A stretch of DNA of 64,000 nt, taken from Histomonas meleagridis 2922-C6/04-290x. Lineage: Eukaryota > Protista > Parabasalia. Made by a program: the position numbers and the translations under genes. Each line of letters starts with the position of its first letter. Position 1 is the first letter of the stretch. The stretch lies in assembly GCA_020184695.1 (NCBI GenBank), contig JAANOX010000130.1, positions 173,873 to 237,872 of the forward strand, in the 5' to 3' direction. Shown here piece after piece: positions 11,752 through 22,828 of this stretch. Below the pieces are notes generated by a model. That model did no database searches, had not been told where the DNA came from, and was given only the letters and a program-made list of their open reading frames with translations.

Positions 11752-12289
11752 TAAAAAATAATTTATTTCATTTTTATTCTTTTATATGATGGATCCATTC
11801 AATAAAAGATAAAGAGAGATACGAAATTTATTCGAAACAATAATTAGGAATGAATTAAATAATCAAAATTCAACATCAAAAGGTGATTTGTATCTTCAAA
11901 ATTTCATTAATTTTCTAGATGAAAAATATAATGAGGAGGTTAAATTTACTCCTGAATTTAATACTGGTACAGAGCACTTATTTGATACATACAACAATAT
12001 AGTTAATTATTTTATAGATAACATTTCAGAGAGAATAACAGGTTAACAATATAACAATAAAGGTTCTATAAATTATTAACGATTTGAATATAATATTATT
12101 AAAAATTATATCGAAAATGAAAAAATAACACCTATAAATGGAAAAATTGGGCGAAAATCAATCCCAGAGCATTATGAATTTTATATTAGAACGATTATTA
12201 TAAAATTGAATGATGTGTTGGCACATGAAGTTTTTGAAGCTAAAAAAAAGCCTATTAAATTTAATACATATTGTAAAGAATAAAAAAAA

Positions 12290-12450
12290 ATTTATATGGT
12301 TATGCTGAAACCACTAAAACAGATGCAAAATATTGTTATTTATTAGCAGTAGAAGTTATATCCAGATTTTTATTTGCTACTTCTACTAATATAAAAATAA
12401 ATGATAAAATAACTAGAAAGAAATCAATAGAATCTATAGCTAAAGCTTAA
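12290..12450 (+). pseudogene. Retroviral-like integrase N-terminal core remnant
   Basis: LYGYAETTKTDAKYCYLLAVEVISRFLFATST..KKSIESIAKA* resembles the rve pattern YLLxxVDxFSRyxwA..K.K....I..A. Truncated. Confidence 0.45.
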
Positions 12451-12662
12451 TTATAGGGCCATAACCTCATCACACCTGAAGGAAAGAACCAACTTCAGAA
12501 CCAGTTTGGTGGTCATACCAATGAGTGGATTTTCATTGAGAGCTCTTGCGACATCACATCAAGATCTCGAAACCACACTAAAACTTTAACCGTTGGCAAA
12601 ATCCCAACCATATTGAAGTTAGGAAATAAATAATATTTTAAAGGAAAATATTCAAAAAGATT

Positions 12663-15206
12663 TTAAGAAGCTTCTTTATACTTGGATAAAAGATTCTCAA
12701 TATCTTTAGCAACGCTCTTGTCTGCTGTCTTTGAATGACATACTACATCAATTGGTTGCAAATCATGGTTTTTAAGGTGTGTTGTTGCCTTGTTTTGGAG
12801 TAAGTATTCAACAATATCTTTGGCACCCATAAATGAAGCATAGTATAATGGAGTTGTTCCTTCATTTGAGAGGGCATTGACATCGAGATGTTCTTGTTCA
12901 ACAAGATATTGAACAATTTGCAATGACTGTGCCATTGCAGCTTCGTGAAGGAGTGTCAATCCAGTCTTTGGATCTCTTTCATTCTTATCAAAGTGTTGAA
13001 CTTGCAACAGGTAATCGACAATTTGGAATTGCTTATTTTTAATTGCATTGAACAAAGGACTGTATCCATCTGGTGTTGTCGCATGTTTGTTGCATTTAGT
13101 TTTTTCACAGAGATATTTGACAACAATGATATCACCTCTTATGACAGCAGCTAGGAATGGAGTGATTCCATTTGAACCAATCTCAGTATCAATAGAATCA
13201 TATTTAATAAGGAATTTAATGGTATCAATGTTTTGATCCTTGCAGGCATTTTCAAACATTGTTTCTCCATCACCCATTTTTGCATTAATGTTAGCACCAT
13301 GTTTAACAAGATATATAAATGAATCAATTCGACCCAAAATATAAGCAACATGAAGAGGGGTGAATCCTTCGTCACTTAAGATTTCAGTATCTGCACCTGA
13401 TTCAACAAGTATCTCAACATTATCAATATCCTCTTCGTTCTTCATGACGGCAACGTGAAGTGGTGTGTTTCCATCTTTACCGACAATATTTGGATTTGCA
13501 CCATGATCAAGCAAATACTTGACCATATCATAAAGTTCAGGCTTTTGGGCTGCAAAGTGGAGGAATGTATACCCTGCGATCTCATTCTGGTAGTTAATAT
13601 CTACAACCTTATTGTCAATGTAGTAAGCAAGAATTTCCATGTTTCCACTGATTGAAGCCAAAACAGGTGGGATGTTGTGATTTGCATCAGTGCAAAATGG
13701 ATCACAGTGCTGCTCTTGATGAAGGTATTGAAGAACTTCGACATGGTCTGTGATAGCAGCAATCCAGAGAGGTGTCATATTCTCCCCCGATTTCTTCTCT
13801 TTGTCAACCAATTTGTTTTCAAGGAGATATTTAACGATTTTAAGTGAGCCTGATTTGCATGCAATATGGAGGCTGTTAAGACCAACTGGATTTTCAGCGT
13901 TTGGATCCATGTGAAGTTTCTCAATTAAGTATTTTGAGATCTCAGTCTTCGAATAATTGACAGCACACATAAGGGGAGTAATGGACTCAAGTATTTGAAT
14001 GAATTCATAATTTTGTTGTTCAACGAAATATTTGACAATTTCAAGAGTGCCGTACATAGTTGACCACCATACTGGAGTATCGTGACTTTCACATTGAGCA
14101 TTGACATCAGAATTCTTCTCTTCAACAAGGTATCTGATGCTTTCGAGCTGTCCACCCATAATGGCAGTGAAGAGTGGAGTAAATTTCTTCCCGAAAGTTG
14201 GCTCTGAAGCACTAATGTAGTCCAAATTCATGATGTACTTAACAAATTGAGGAGAGCAATATTGAGCAGCATCATGAAGGATAGTGGTAAATGATTCATC
14301 TTCGACCGCTTTGATGACAGGAACACCCTTTAAGAGCAAGAAGAAGAATGTGCGATAGTTCTGGTATTTCAAAGGAATATTGAGTAACATTATTTTTTCA
14401 GGGAGATTGTCGAAGAGAAATTGAAGTATGTTGTAACGATGGAAATGAGCTGCAACTATGAGACAAGAATGAGAAAACGGAACGCCATTTTGAGCCAAAA
14501 AAACAACAATTCCTTCATGTCCTCCTGCGCATGCATAAAGAGGAAGTTCCTCGGTCATTTTGGCGCCTTTTTGAAGAAGGTAGTTGAAGCACTTGATTGA
14601 ACCATGAAATGCAGCCAAACAAATCAAACTAACTGATTCTTCATTACAAACATTATATGACGGCTTAAGAGGACCAACTTTGATACGTGCATTAGGTGGG
14701 AGGATTTTGAATATTTGATTTGTGGGATCATCAAGGAGTATGCTGTAATGAACCGTGTCTTGTGGATAGATTTGGTATACCAATTCTTTCAGAGAACTAT
14801 CATATCTGCCCTCTTTTTCATCAGGGATAAGTTTTTCTTGACTAAGAATATAAAGCAAATTGTCTTCTGCTGCCAAAACCTGATCAGCAAGTGTTACAGC
14901 TTCTGGTAAAACTTTGAAAATTTCACGAATAAGTTGTGTGCAAAACTTTCGGTGGAGAGGACGAAGATCAACATAGTTTATGAGGATTTGTATGAGGTGA
15001 GGAAGCTCTTCTTTATGTGCACTGAAGTAATTAATGAAATTAGTAATGATAGTTTTCTGCGTTTCTTCATCATTGAGACCCACATTATAAAGGCTTTCAA
15101 TGAGTGTAATGATATCTTTGAATTGTTCCCACTCTTTGGTCTTTTCGACGTCGGCCAAGGTGTTTATTTCAATCCCTTCTGTGGTTGGAAATGCCTTTGA
15201 TTCCAT
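12663..15206 (-). CDS. Ankyrin repeat protein (DUF3447-type region plus many ANK repeats), uninterrupted
   Basis: 847-aa ORF: SLICLAAFHGSIKCFNYLL then many TPLH/TPLF repeats with normal xGx hairpins (KDGNTPLH, DEGFTPLH, NEGTTPLY). Stop overlaps TAAA. Confidence 0.92.
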   Translation of the reverse strand: MESKAFPTTEGIEINTLADVEKTKEWEQFKDIITLIESLYNVGLNDEETQKTIITNFINYFSAHKEELPHLIQILINYVDLRPLHRKFCTQLIREIFKVLPEAVTLADQVLAAEDNLLYILSQEKLIPDEKEGRYDSSLKELVYQIYPQDTVHYSILLDDPTNQIFKILPPNARIKVGPLKPSYNVCNEESVSLICLAAFHGSIKCFNYLLQKGAKMTEELPLYACAGGHEGIVVFLAQNGVPFSHSCLIVAAHFHRYNILQFLFDNLPEKIMLLNIPLKYQNYRTFFFLLLKGVPVIKAVEDESFTTILHDAAQYCSPQFVKYIMNLDYISASEPTFGKKFTPLFTAIMGGQLESIRYLVEEKNSDVNAQCESHDTPVWWSTMYGTLEIVKYFVEQQNYEFIQILESITPLMCAVNYSKTEISKYLIEKLHMDPNAENPVGLNSLHIACKSGSLKIVKYLLENKLVDKEKKSGENMTPLWIAAITDHVEVLQYLHQEQHCDPFCTDANHNIPPVLASISGNMEILAYYIDNKVVDINYQNEIAGYTFLHFAAQKPELYDMVKYLLDHGANPNIVGKDGNTPLHVAVMKNEEDIDNVEILVESGADTEILSDEGFTPLHVAYILGRIDSFIYLVKHGANINAKMGDGETMFENACKDQNIDTIKFLIKYDSIDTEIGSNGITPFLAAVIRGDIIVVKYLCEKTKCNKHATTPDGYSPLFNAIKNKQFQIVDYLLQVQHFDKNERDPKTGLTLLHEAAMAQSLQIVQYLVEQEHLDVNALSNEGTTPLYYASFMGAKDIVEYLLQNKATTHLKNHDLQPIDVVCHSKTADKSVAKDIENLLSKYKEAS

Positions 15207-15211
15207 TTGTT

Positions 15212-15222
15212 AAGTGAAATGA
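15212..15222 (-). promoter_or_regulatory. Trichomonad initiator (Inr) TCATTTCACTT
   Basis: Double TCAYT motif 5 nt upstream of the ankyrin ATG at 15206. Confidence 0.7.
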
Positions 15223-15551
15223 AAATTAACCCGAACTTCAAAAATTCACTTTTATTTTAAATTTGAGATGGTATTGAAATAACGCAAACAGCCATTGAAT
15301 AAGCGCGTATGATTCTGAAAATGATTAATCAACACAAAGAATCAAGCTGAATCCTAAGCAGTTTGTGAAGGTTCGTGGGGATGAGGTTCCCACGATAAAA
15401 AAATACAATAAAAACATCATTAAGCCTAATTTCTATAGTCAACTTGATTTGGTTATAACTTCAAGAAGATCTTAATTTTTAAAATCAATGTGAGTAAAAT
15501 TTCAATTGATGAATAATATTCAAAATAATTATATCAATATAAATCGTTTAG

Positions 15552-16136
15552 TTAACAACATTTTTTGCCATCTTTATTAACTTCCAGCTTGCTACTAATT
15601 TGTACACTTGGTTCAGACGCAAGTCTATGCATTACATTTTGAAATAATCTATCAACATTAAGCCCAGTAAGAGCTGATGTCTGGAAAAACGTAAAATCAT
15701 TTTCTTCAGCATATTTAAGAGCAGTAGCTTCATCAACTTTTGATGATCCTTGAACCAAATCAACTTTGTTTCCGACAAGATATAGGACTGAGCTTCTTCC
15801 AACAGAGTTTTTGAATGCTTCAAGCCATGTTGGGATTCCTTCAAAAGTACTTACGGAATTTACATCATAAACAAATATTGCAGCTCTTGCATTTCTATAA
15901 TAAATTGGTCCCAGAGACCGATACTGTTCTTGGCCTGCTGTGTCCCAAATTTGGATGCTGAATTCTTCTCCTTTAATTTTTTTTGTATAATTATAAAACG
16001 CTGCACCAATTGTTGGTTCATAATTATCCGTTGATTCTTGTTTCAGTAAACAATTAATGAGAGCAGTTTTCCCAACACTTGGGTTACCAATAAGAATAAC
16101 CCGGTTTGACTCCATCCTTCTTGTAGTTCTAAGCAT
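15552..16136 (-). CDS. Rab GTPase (Rab5/21-like effector loop); true start may be the Met at 16115
   Basis: GNPSVGKT, PTIGAAF, WDTAGQEQYRSLGPIYYR, GNKVD, QTSAL, C-terminal CC. Confidence 0.93.
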   Translation of the reverse strand: MLRTTRRMESNRVILIGNPSVGKTALINCLLKQESTDNYEPTIGAAFYNYTKKIKGEEFSIQIWDTAGQEQYRSLGPIYYRNARAAIFVYDVNSVSTFEGIPTWLEAFKNSVGRSSVLYLVGNKVDLVQGSSKVDEATALKYAEENDFTFFQTSALTGLNVDRLFQNVMHRLASEPSVQISSKLEVNKDGKKCC

Positions 16137-16523
16137 TCAAAAAGTCAGAATTCTAACCATATAAACTTTTTAAATTAACCTGTTGTTGGCTGAAAAAAAT
16201 ATATATGAAATTAAAATTTTTATTTAACAAAGAAAATATAGTATGGCTACAATATAAAATTCAATTATATGAGTAAGTATTATGATAATATTGCTTTTTT
16301 TGCCTACATCAAAAAAATTGATGATTATATGAAATTTGTTTGAATAGCGATTTACTTTGATATTGTACAACTATAATTTGCTTATCTTCAATTAATTTTT
16401 ATTGTTTATGGAGATAAAGACGTTCTAAATAAAAAATACGATCGAAATGGTTTGAAATAAGAAACCGTTGAATGTTTGAAATGTTCACATATTAAACGGT
16501 TCCTCTGAACAAATGAACTATAG

Positions 16524-16876
16524 TAACGTCTGATTGGTGTGAAAATGTCTGAAATGAAGTGAAAATCTGTCACTCTGACATCTATCGGCCCTTCTCAAAA
16601 TTGAATGAAGGTCAAACGTACGAGCAATTTTAAGCCAGTTTTCTGGGTGAAAAAATGTAGTTATCAATGAATAAACAATATCCATTCAATACATAATTTT
16701 TTTCCTTTATGAATGTATCATGAAAACTCAAAAATCATCAAATTTTAAGAATAATTTCGATTTTGAAAATCTGTGTAAAACTCGAGTTTTTTGATATAAT
16801 TCGATTGAAACATATGAGCGCATTTATAAGCATACAAAATTTTGTGGAAATTTCCTTTACTGATTCAATTTCACTT
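16524..16876 (+). repeat. Left terminal inverted repeat (353 bp identical core)
   Basis: Reverse complement of 18233-18585; no mismatch found by eye. Confidence 0.93.
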
Positions 16877-16935
16877 CATTTCTTGTTGATAAATTTTTAG
16901 TTATCTGCAACATATTCATGTGTTGCTTTTCTTAT

Positions 16936-18221
16936 TCATTTATCCCTAAATTCTTCTTCGAATTCAATGTCAATTACTTGACCATTGTGAATTTTCAATT
17001 TAAATCCTGCAGCTTCCCACGAACTTCGAATCAAATTCTCATTGAGAAGGATTGGCATGCCTTTTTGATTTTTAAAAGTTTTTGAGTAAACTTGGAATAT
17101 GCTTTGTCAACAAAAATTGTTGAATATTTTCTCTTCAGTGCAGAAAACAAAGACACATCAAGCATTTGAACTATATGACTTGAGTGAGACGGAATTGGGA
17201 TAAATTCGATATCTCCGATTTCATTAAGTGCTTGCTCAATTTTGGGTCCAAAATGTGCCGTGCATCCATCAGCGATTATTACACAATGCTTGTTTCCTTC
17301 TATGTTATCACGAATTAATTTAACATATGGAGCAAGGTGATATTTGACCCAAAATAGCATCGAATCCTGCGTCATATATCCCTTAGGAGTATAAATGCAT
17401 GTCCCCCATCGACAAAAGAAAGTTTCTTCAAGATCTTGATCAAAAGTCTTCCTGGTAGACAGTAAAAGTGGTCGTATTGATAGACATGAAGCTGTAATTG
17501 CTGCTACAAGAGATATGTGATGCTGTTCGACTGTTGCCCTCCAGTATGGTTTTATTTCACAATCATTGCATATAAAAACGCTTTTTGTTTTACCCTTATC
17601 TGGTCGCTTGCTGAAACCCGTTTCATCGAAATTCATCAATAGATGCGGATTTGGAGGGTCAATCAAAATGCGCTCGATATTGGCAATATATTGATGAACT
17701 TGAGCAATATCAATTGAAGCTCTTTCTTCATCTACGCATGAAACTTTGACTTTTGTAATTCGATCTTGATGTCTTTTACAAAAATTAAAACACCAATCTC
17801 GACTGAAATCACGATCTATACCTGTCCTTTTCTTATATACTTCAGATGCAATATCCCTGACTTCTTTTCCTGTGAGACAAGAATTGTGGCATTGTGCATT
17901 AAAAATAGAATTAATAATGAAAATTTCTTCTTCTTCAGTTAGTAATTGTGCTGGTGGTGGAATTTTTTCTTTTATAACGTTGACATCATCACCTCTATGC
18001 GCTTTATAGTATTTGCGCGGAGATATGCCGAGAATTTGGCACAATTGATTTACAGTTATTGTTGGATGAATTTTTTTGATTAAATTAATGCGAATGAGTA
18101 ATGATTTTTCGGAACGAAATTCAGCACTACGACATGCAGTGTGGACCTTCATGCCATCATCAAAACCAAGAGTATTGCAGCATTGCGTCAATGTCGGAAT
18201 AGAATTTGAATTCATCTTCAC
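16936..18221 (-). CDS. pogo/DDE_1 transposase (HTH plus DD36D) with a probable 1-nt frameshift near the C-terminus
   Basis: LMNFDETGF, VIIADGCTAH, PSHSSHIVQMLDVSLFSALK; 36 residues between 2nd and 3rd Asp. The track ORF stops at 17031, but another frame continues LLNENLIRSSWEAAGF..DK* to 16936. Confidence 0.88.
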
Positions 18222-18232
18222 AAATAAAAATA

Positions 18233-18585
18233 AAGTGAAATTGAATCAGTAAAGGAAATTTCCACAAAATTTTGTATGCTTATAAATGCGCTCATATGTT
18301 TCAATCGAATTATATCAAAAAACTCGAGTTTTACACAGATTTTCAAAATCGAAATTATTCTTAAAATTTGATGATTTTTGAGTTTTCATGATACATTCAT
18401 AAAGGAAAAAAATTATGTATTGAATGGATATTGTTTATTCATTGATAACTACATTTTTTCACCCAGAAAACTGGCTTAAAATTGCTCGTACGTTTGACCT
18501 TCATTCAATTTTGAGAAGGGCCGATAGATGTCAGAGTGACAGATTTTCACTTCATTTCAGACATTTTCACACCAATCAGACGTTA
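18233..18585 (-). repeat. Right terminal inverted repeat
   Basis: Reverse complement of 16524-16876. Confidence 0.93.
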
Positions 18586-18619
18586 ATATATAACCATAAA
18601 TTCAAATTGAACAAAAGAT

Positions 18620-19125
18620 GTAGATTTATGTTATCTATGAATTACCACAATTACAATAATAGCTACAACAACAACACATACAGCAACAGATACTCCAATT
18701 ATTGTAGCCTTGTTATTATTATTGTTAGTATTTTTACCATCTTCAGCATTATTATTTTCATTTTGTGCATTAGTTAAAATATCTTCAATTTCTTCTAATG
18801 TCTTTACTTCATTTAATTGATTCTTTTGATCTTCGCTTAAATTTTGTAAAACTTTTTGTTCAATCTTTACTTTCTTTTATGCAAAAATTAAATTAAATTT
18901 TTCAATCTCATTCTCTTTTTTAGCGTCACTTAATACTTTTTAGATTGTTTCTTTATCTTGTGCTTCTTCAATTTGTTTTTTATATTTGTTCATTAATGTT
19001 TCATTTAAATGACGAAACTGCATGTAAACGAGGTACGGTTCGACGTCATAATAAAAAGAAAAAAGTGTCGTTACTATGTCTCCAAAAAATCTAAAGAATT
19101 GACTCACAATTTTTTTCGTATGCAC
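18620..19125 (-). pseudogene. Decayed single-pass membrane (surface) protein gene
   Basis: Broken frames give helical repeats (KQIEEAQDKETI*KVLSDAK; QLNEVKTLEEIEDILTNA), an Asn linker and a TM segment IIGVSVAVCVVVVAIIVIVVI. Confidence 0.4.
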
Positions 19126-19234
19126 TACTCTCCAAATACAAAATATTTACAGTATCGCATCTAATGCATTCACAAGATCTAATAAAGTAAATCGCAAGTG
19201 ATGCAAAATGACAAAAATGTTTTTATCAATTTGT

Positions 19235-22200
19235 TTATTCAATATCTTCCATTACAAGGTTTTGCTCTACAAAATTCTTCAAATTTAATGTAACGACACC
19301 AGAAGATTGTCTATCCATATCTTTGTAAATACCAATTAACACATCAGCATGTTCAAAGAATCGATCTCTTAACGATACGCTGATGATTTGTGCTGTTGAC
19401 GCCATTTCTCTTAACGCAATCGAAGCTGATTTCAGGTTTAACTTATCCAAAGAAGCGTCAGGCTCATCCATTAATATGAATGGTGCTCCAATTTCTTTTT
19501 GCAAAGCCAAGATCAATGCCAAAGAAGCCACAGCCTTTTCTCCTCCACTTAATTGTTCCAAGTCTCTAAATCTTTTATGAGGCGGCATAGCAGTGAATTT
19601 GATTCCACCCAAATAAGGCTCTTCAGTATCATCCAATACTAAATAAGCAGTACCACCTCTACTTTCATGGCCATGTGCTCTTGTTAAATTCTTATAAATC
19701 TTATCAATCGATTTATCGACAGCATCATAAAGTTTCATGAATGTATCACGTCGTTTTCGTTTGATCTCTTCTAATGCTTTATTGTTTTCATTAGCTTTCT
19801 TCTTATATTGATCTTGATCAGCGATCATTTTATTAAGTTCTTTCTCAACTTCAGTATATCGATCATCTGATTTAAGATCAGGTCGAATTTGATTTAATTC
19901 TGTATGAATCTCTGCAAGACGATTTTGATATTCAGATACTGCTTGATTATAAGCAGATTGTGAAACTGCGGCGCGTTTAGCCGCAGAAAGTTTCGAGAAA
20001 TCAATTGTTTCAAGTTCTCTTTTATCGTTAATCTCTTGTGTAAATGATGATGGCGTATTAGTCATTTCGACTTCTTCTGTTTCATTTAAATGTGGTAATT
20101 GGATATTAGTTAATTTACATTGCTGTAAAATTGATGATAATGATTGCATTGCTGTTTCTTTCTCATGTTCAATTGCTGAATACGAATCATTAATTTGTTC
20201 AAGTTGTTCTATTAAGTCTTGATTCTTTCGTCTTCTGTTCTTGAGTTCTTGTCGATTAGATTCATCTTCTGCTATAAGTGATGTTCGTTGTTGTTTAATT
20301 TCTTCATATTCTTTTGTTAATTGTTCATATTGTTCATTTAATGAGGATAATGAGTTTTGTGTTTCTTCAAGTTGTGCTTCAAGTTCATCTTTTCTTGTTA
20401 ATAGTAAATCAATGGATGATTGTGGATCACGTTTCTCTTCTAATGCAATAAAGTTTTCGATTTGTGATAATCGACTTTGTAATTGAAGTCTTTTCGCATA
20501 ACGCTCTTCAAAATTTTGAAGTCTCGTAACTTCGAATTCACGTATATCTTGTACACCTGTTCTGAGACAAAAATCTCTAAATATTGACTTGTCAATTTCT
20601 GCTTGTTTCAAGTCCATATTTTGGACATATTCATTTTTGATATTTAATTTCGTTTGTGCAGTTTTAATCTTTGATTGTGTTGATGTAATTTGTCTTTGTG
20701 TATTTCTTAAATTAACTTCAAGTATTTTGATTCTTTCTTCAAGATCTTTCTTTCGCATTTCAATGTGTTTTTGTTGTGGTTCAAGTGATAAAAGTTGTTC
20801 TTCATCATTTTCAATTTCATTTCTTCGCTTTTCAATCTGATCACCTAAAGTCGCTAAGTTTCTTTCTAATTGTGCAATATCATTTTCAAGTGATTCTGTT
20901 GAGATATTTTCGAAATGTGGTTCTTCTTTTGTTTTACCACCAGTCAAAACACCACTTGGATCGACAATTGAACCATCCAAAGTTACTGTTTGAATGTTTT
21001 CTCTAAATGCTAATTCTCGAGCTTTTGTTAAGTTATCACATAAAGCAATAGACCCACAAACATAATCTACTGCAGGTTTATACATTTTATCAAAGCGCAT
21101 TACTGCACTCAGCATTTTAACGCTTGACTTTAAATGGATTTTAGGTTGAGCAAGAGAATTTAAAGGTAAAAATAATGCTTGTCCAGCCCCTTGTTCTTTA
21201 AGATAATCAATGCATTTAATTGCGACTTCTTTATCACGAACAATAATTGAATCCGCATGTCCTCCTGCACCTGCAAACACTGCCATATTATAATTTTGAT
21301 GTGCAGGTTTACATAAGTCAAAGAATCGGCCATAAACACCTTTAAATAATCGTTGCATTGATTGAATTGCTTTTTTAAGCTTTTCTTTTCTTTTATTAGT
21401 TCCTTTCGATCGACGAATTTCTTCTAATTTCTTTTGTTGATCTCTCATCCTTTGCATCATTTTATTTTGACTTTCTACATCAACTGAATCTTCATGTTGT
21501 TTCATTGATAAACCTGTTCGAACATTTTGTATTTCTTTTTTAATTTGCGCTAATCTCGATTGAGTTTTCTTTAATTCTTCTTTTGTCGAATTGATCGAAT
21601 CTTGAATCTTTCGACATGATGCTTCTTCACTATCCTTTTGTGAAATAATATCATCTAATTCGCGTTGTGCCGCATTTCGTTCTTGAACAGCTGCTCTTAA
21701 GTCATTTGTTACATCACTAAACTGTTGTGATGCTCTTTCTCGAAGTGAATTATATTCATCTATTTCTTTTTCAAGCTTTTCAACAACTGGAAGTTCAGAC
21801 ATTTGTTGGATAATTTGTTCTCTTTCGTTTCTCATTTCATTTAAATTGTTTTCGCGTTCTGTAAGAGCATTAGAATTGGATTCGATTTTGTTCTTTGTAG
21901 ATTCGAGTCTTTCAGATATAACTGTAAACTTTTCATTCTCACGAAGTCGATTTGCACGAACATTACGAAGTTGTTGCTCAATTTCTTGATAACGTGAATC
22001 AACATTAAGATATTCATCATGTGTTTTGTTGGCTTCGTTTTCCATTCGACGAAGTTTAGCACTTGCATTCTCAACTTTAGTAGTCATCTCCAATTTTTGC
22101 GCATAATGTGCATCATTCTCTTCTTCAGCTTTCGCAACACGATTTTTGCCATGATAAAGCTGGAAAAGTGCCATTTCGATTTGGAGTTTTTCTTCTTCAG

Positions 22201-22828
22201 ATGCAAGTGATCTGTATTTAGCAGCTTCTTCTTTTCGAGCTGAAATATGTCTTTTTTCTGAAAGTGCAGCTCGACGTCTTTTATCAAGAAGACTTACAGC
22301 TTCATGTGATGATTCTGTATCTAATTTAAGTCGATCATAATCATCAGCATATTGAGCTGAACCACTCATTTCTTCGAATAATTGTGTTAACTCTAATGGG
22401 GTCTTCCTTGCAACAACATCAACATCAGCTTGTTTAACAAAAGCTAAAGGAACAATTTGAAATTCACGTATAGCTTTGATGTAGTTAGCTTCTTCAACTT
22501 CTTGGTCATTTATAAAATGTTTGCTTTCTTTGGATTTGAAATATTGACGTTCGAATATTTGATGCATTACATCTCCTTTTTCTTTGATTTCAAAGAATAC
22601 TTTAACAGAACAACTTTCAATCTCTTCTTCTCCTTGATGAATATAGTTTGTGCTTCTTGGTGATGCGTCTAAATATAGAACAAAAGCAAGCGCATCCAAA
22701 ACATTTGATTTTCCTGCGCCATTAGGACCGACAATCCCTGAAAAATTATCAAATGGTCCAACAATAAATTCTCCGTTGAATGATTTGAAATCGCGTACTA
22801 TTAAATGATGGAGAGAAATGTTGATCAT
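19235..22828 (-). CDS. SMC1: Cohesin subunit SMC1
   Basis: Walker A GPNGAGKSN after GPF.NF; coiled coils and hinge (GVYGR, GVLTGG); SMC1-type MPP.KRFR..QLSGGEK; DEPDASLD. Likely start is ATG 22828. Confidence 0.93.
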   Translation of the reverse strand: MINISLHHLIVRDFKSFNGEFIVGPFDNFSGIVGPNGAGKSNVLDALAFVLYLDASPRSTNYIHQGEEEIESCSVKVFFEIKEKGDVMHQIFERQYFKSKESKHFINDQEVEEANYIKAIREFQIVPLAFVKQADVDVVARKTPLELTQLFEEMSGSAQYADDYDRLKLDTESSHEAVSLLDKRRRAALSEKRHISARKEEAAKYRSLASEEEKLQIEMALFQLYHGKNRVAKAEEENDAHYAQKLEMTTKVENASAKLRRMENEANKTHDEYLNVDSRYQEIEQQLRNVRANRLRENEKFTVISERLESTKNKIESNSNALTERENNLNEMRNEREQIIQQMSELPVVEKLEKEIDEYNSLRERASQQFSDVTNDLRAAVQERNAAQRELDDIISQKDSEEASCRKIQDSINSTKEELKKTQSRLAQIKKEIQNVRTGLSMKQHEDSVDVESQNKMMQRMRDQQKKLEEIRRSKGTNKRKEKLKKAIQSMQRLFKGVYGRFFDLCKPAHQNYNMAVFAGAGGHADSIIVRDKEVAIKCIDYLKEQGAGQALFLPLNSLAQPKIHLKSSVKMLSAVMRFDKMYKPAVDYVCGSIALCDNLTKARELAFRENIQTVTLDGSIVDPSGVLTGGKTKEEPHFENISTESLENDIAQLERNLATLGDQIEKRRNEIENDEEQLLSLEPQQKHIEMRKKDLEERIKILEVNLRNTQRQITSTQSKIKTAQTKLNIKNEYVQNMDLKQAEIDKSIFRDFCLRTGVQDIREFEVTRLQNFEERYAKRLQLQSRLSQIENFIALEEKRDPQSSIDLLLTRKDELEAQLEETQNSLSSLNEQYEQLTKEYEEIKQQRTSLIAEDESNRQELKNRRRKNQDLIEQLEQINDSYSAIEHEKETAMQSLSSILQQCKLTNIQLPHLNETEEVEMTNTPSSFTQEINDKRELETIDFSKLSAAKRAAVSQSAYNQAVSEYQNRLAEIHTELNQIRPDLKSDDRYTEVEKELNKMIADQDQYKKKANENNKALEEIKRKRRDTFMKLYDAVDKSIDKIYKNLTRAHGHESRGGTAYLVLDDTEEPYLGGIKFTAMPPHKRFRDLEQLSGGEKAVASLALILALQKEIGAPFILMDEPDASLDKLNLKSASIALREMASTAQIISVSLRDRFFEHADVLIGIYKDMDRQSSGVVTLNLKNFVEQNLVMEDIE

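Larger units (their letters stand above)
9483..12450 (+). mobile_element. Decayed Maverick/Polinton segment: small capsid-like gene, fibre-like gene, integrase remnant
   Basis: Co-oriented, very AT-rich ORF remnants with many stops; protein motifs listed in the sub-features. Confidence 0.55.
16521..18588 (-). mobile_element. pogo-like (Tc1/mariner superfamily) DNA transposon, about 2068 bp, TA target duplication
   Basis: Long TIRs, TA at 16519-16520 and 18589-18590, single internal transposase ORF. Confidence 0.93.

Noticed and set aside
12455-12630. GC-richer segment with GGTGGTCATACC (5S rRNA-like start) and a short open frame
   Set aside because: No further 5S or tRNA structure; the frame lacks a start and a recognisable motif. 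No rRNA or tRNA gene could be supported anywhere in the window.
18424-18777. 117-aa ORF at the transposon right end
   Set aside because: Made of TIR sequence plus the antisense of a TM-coding pseudogene.
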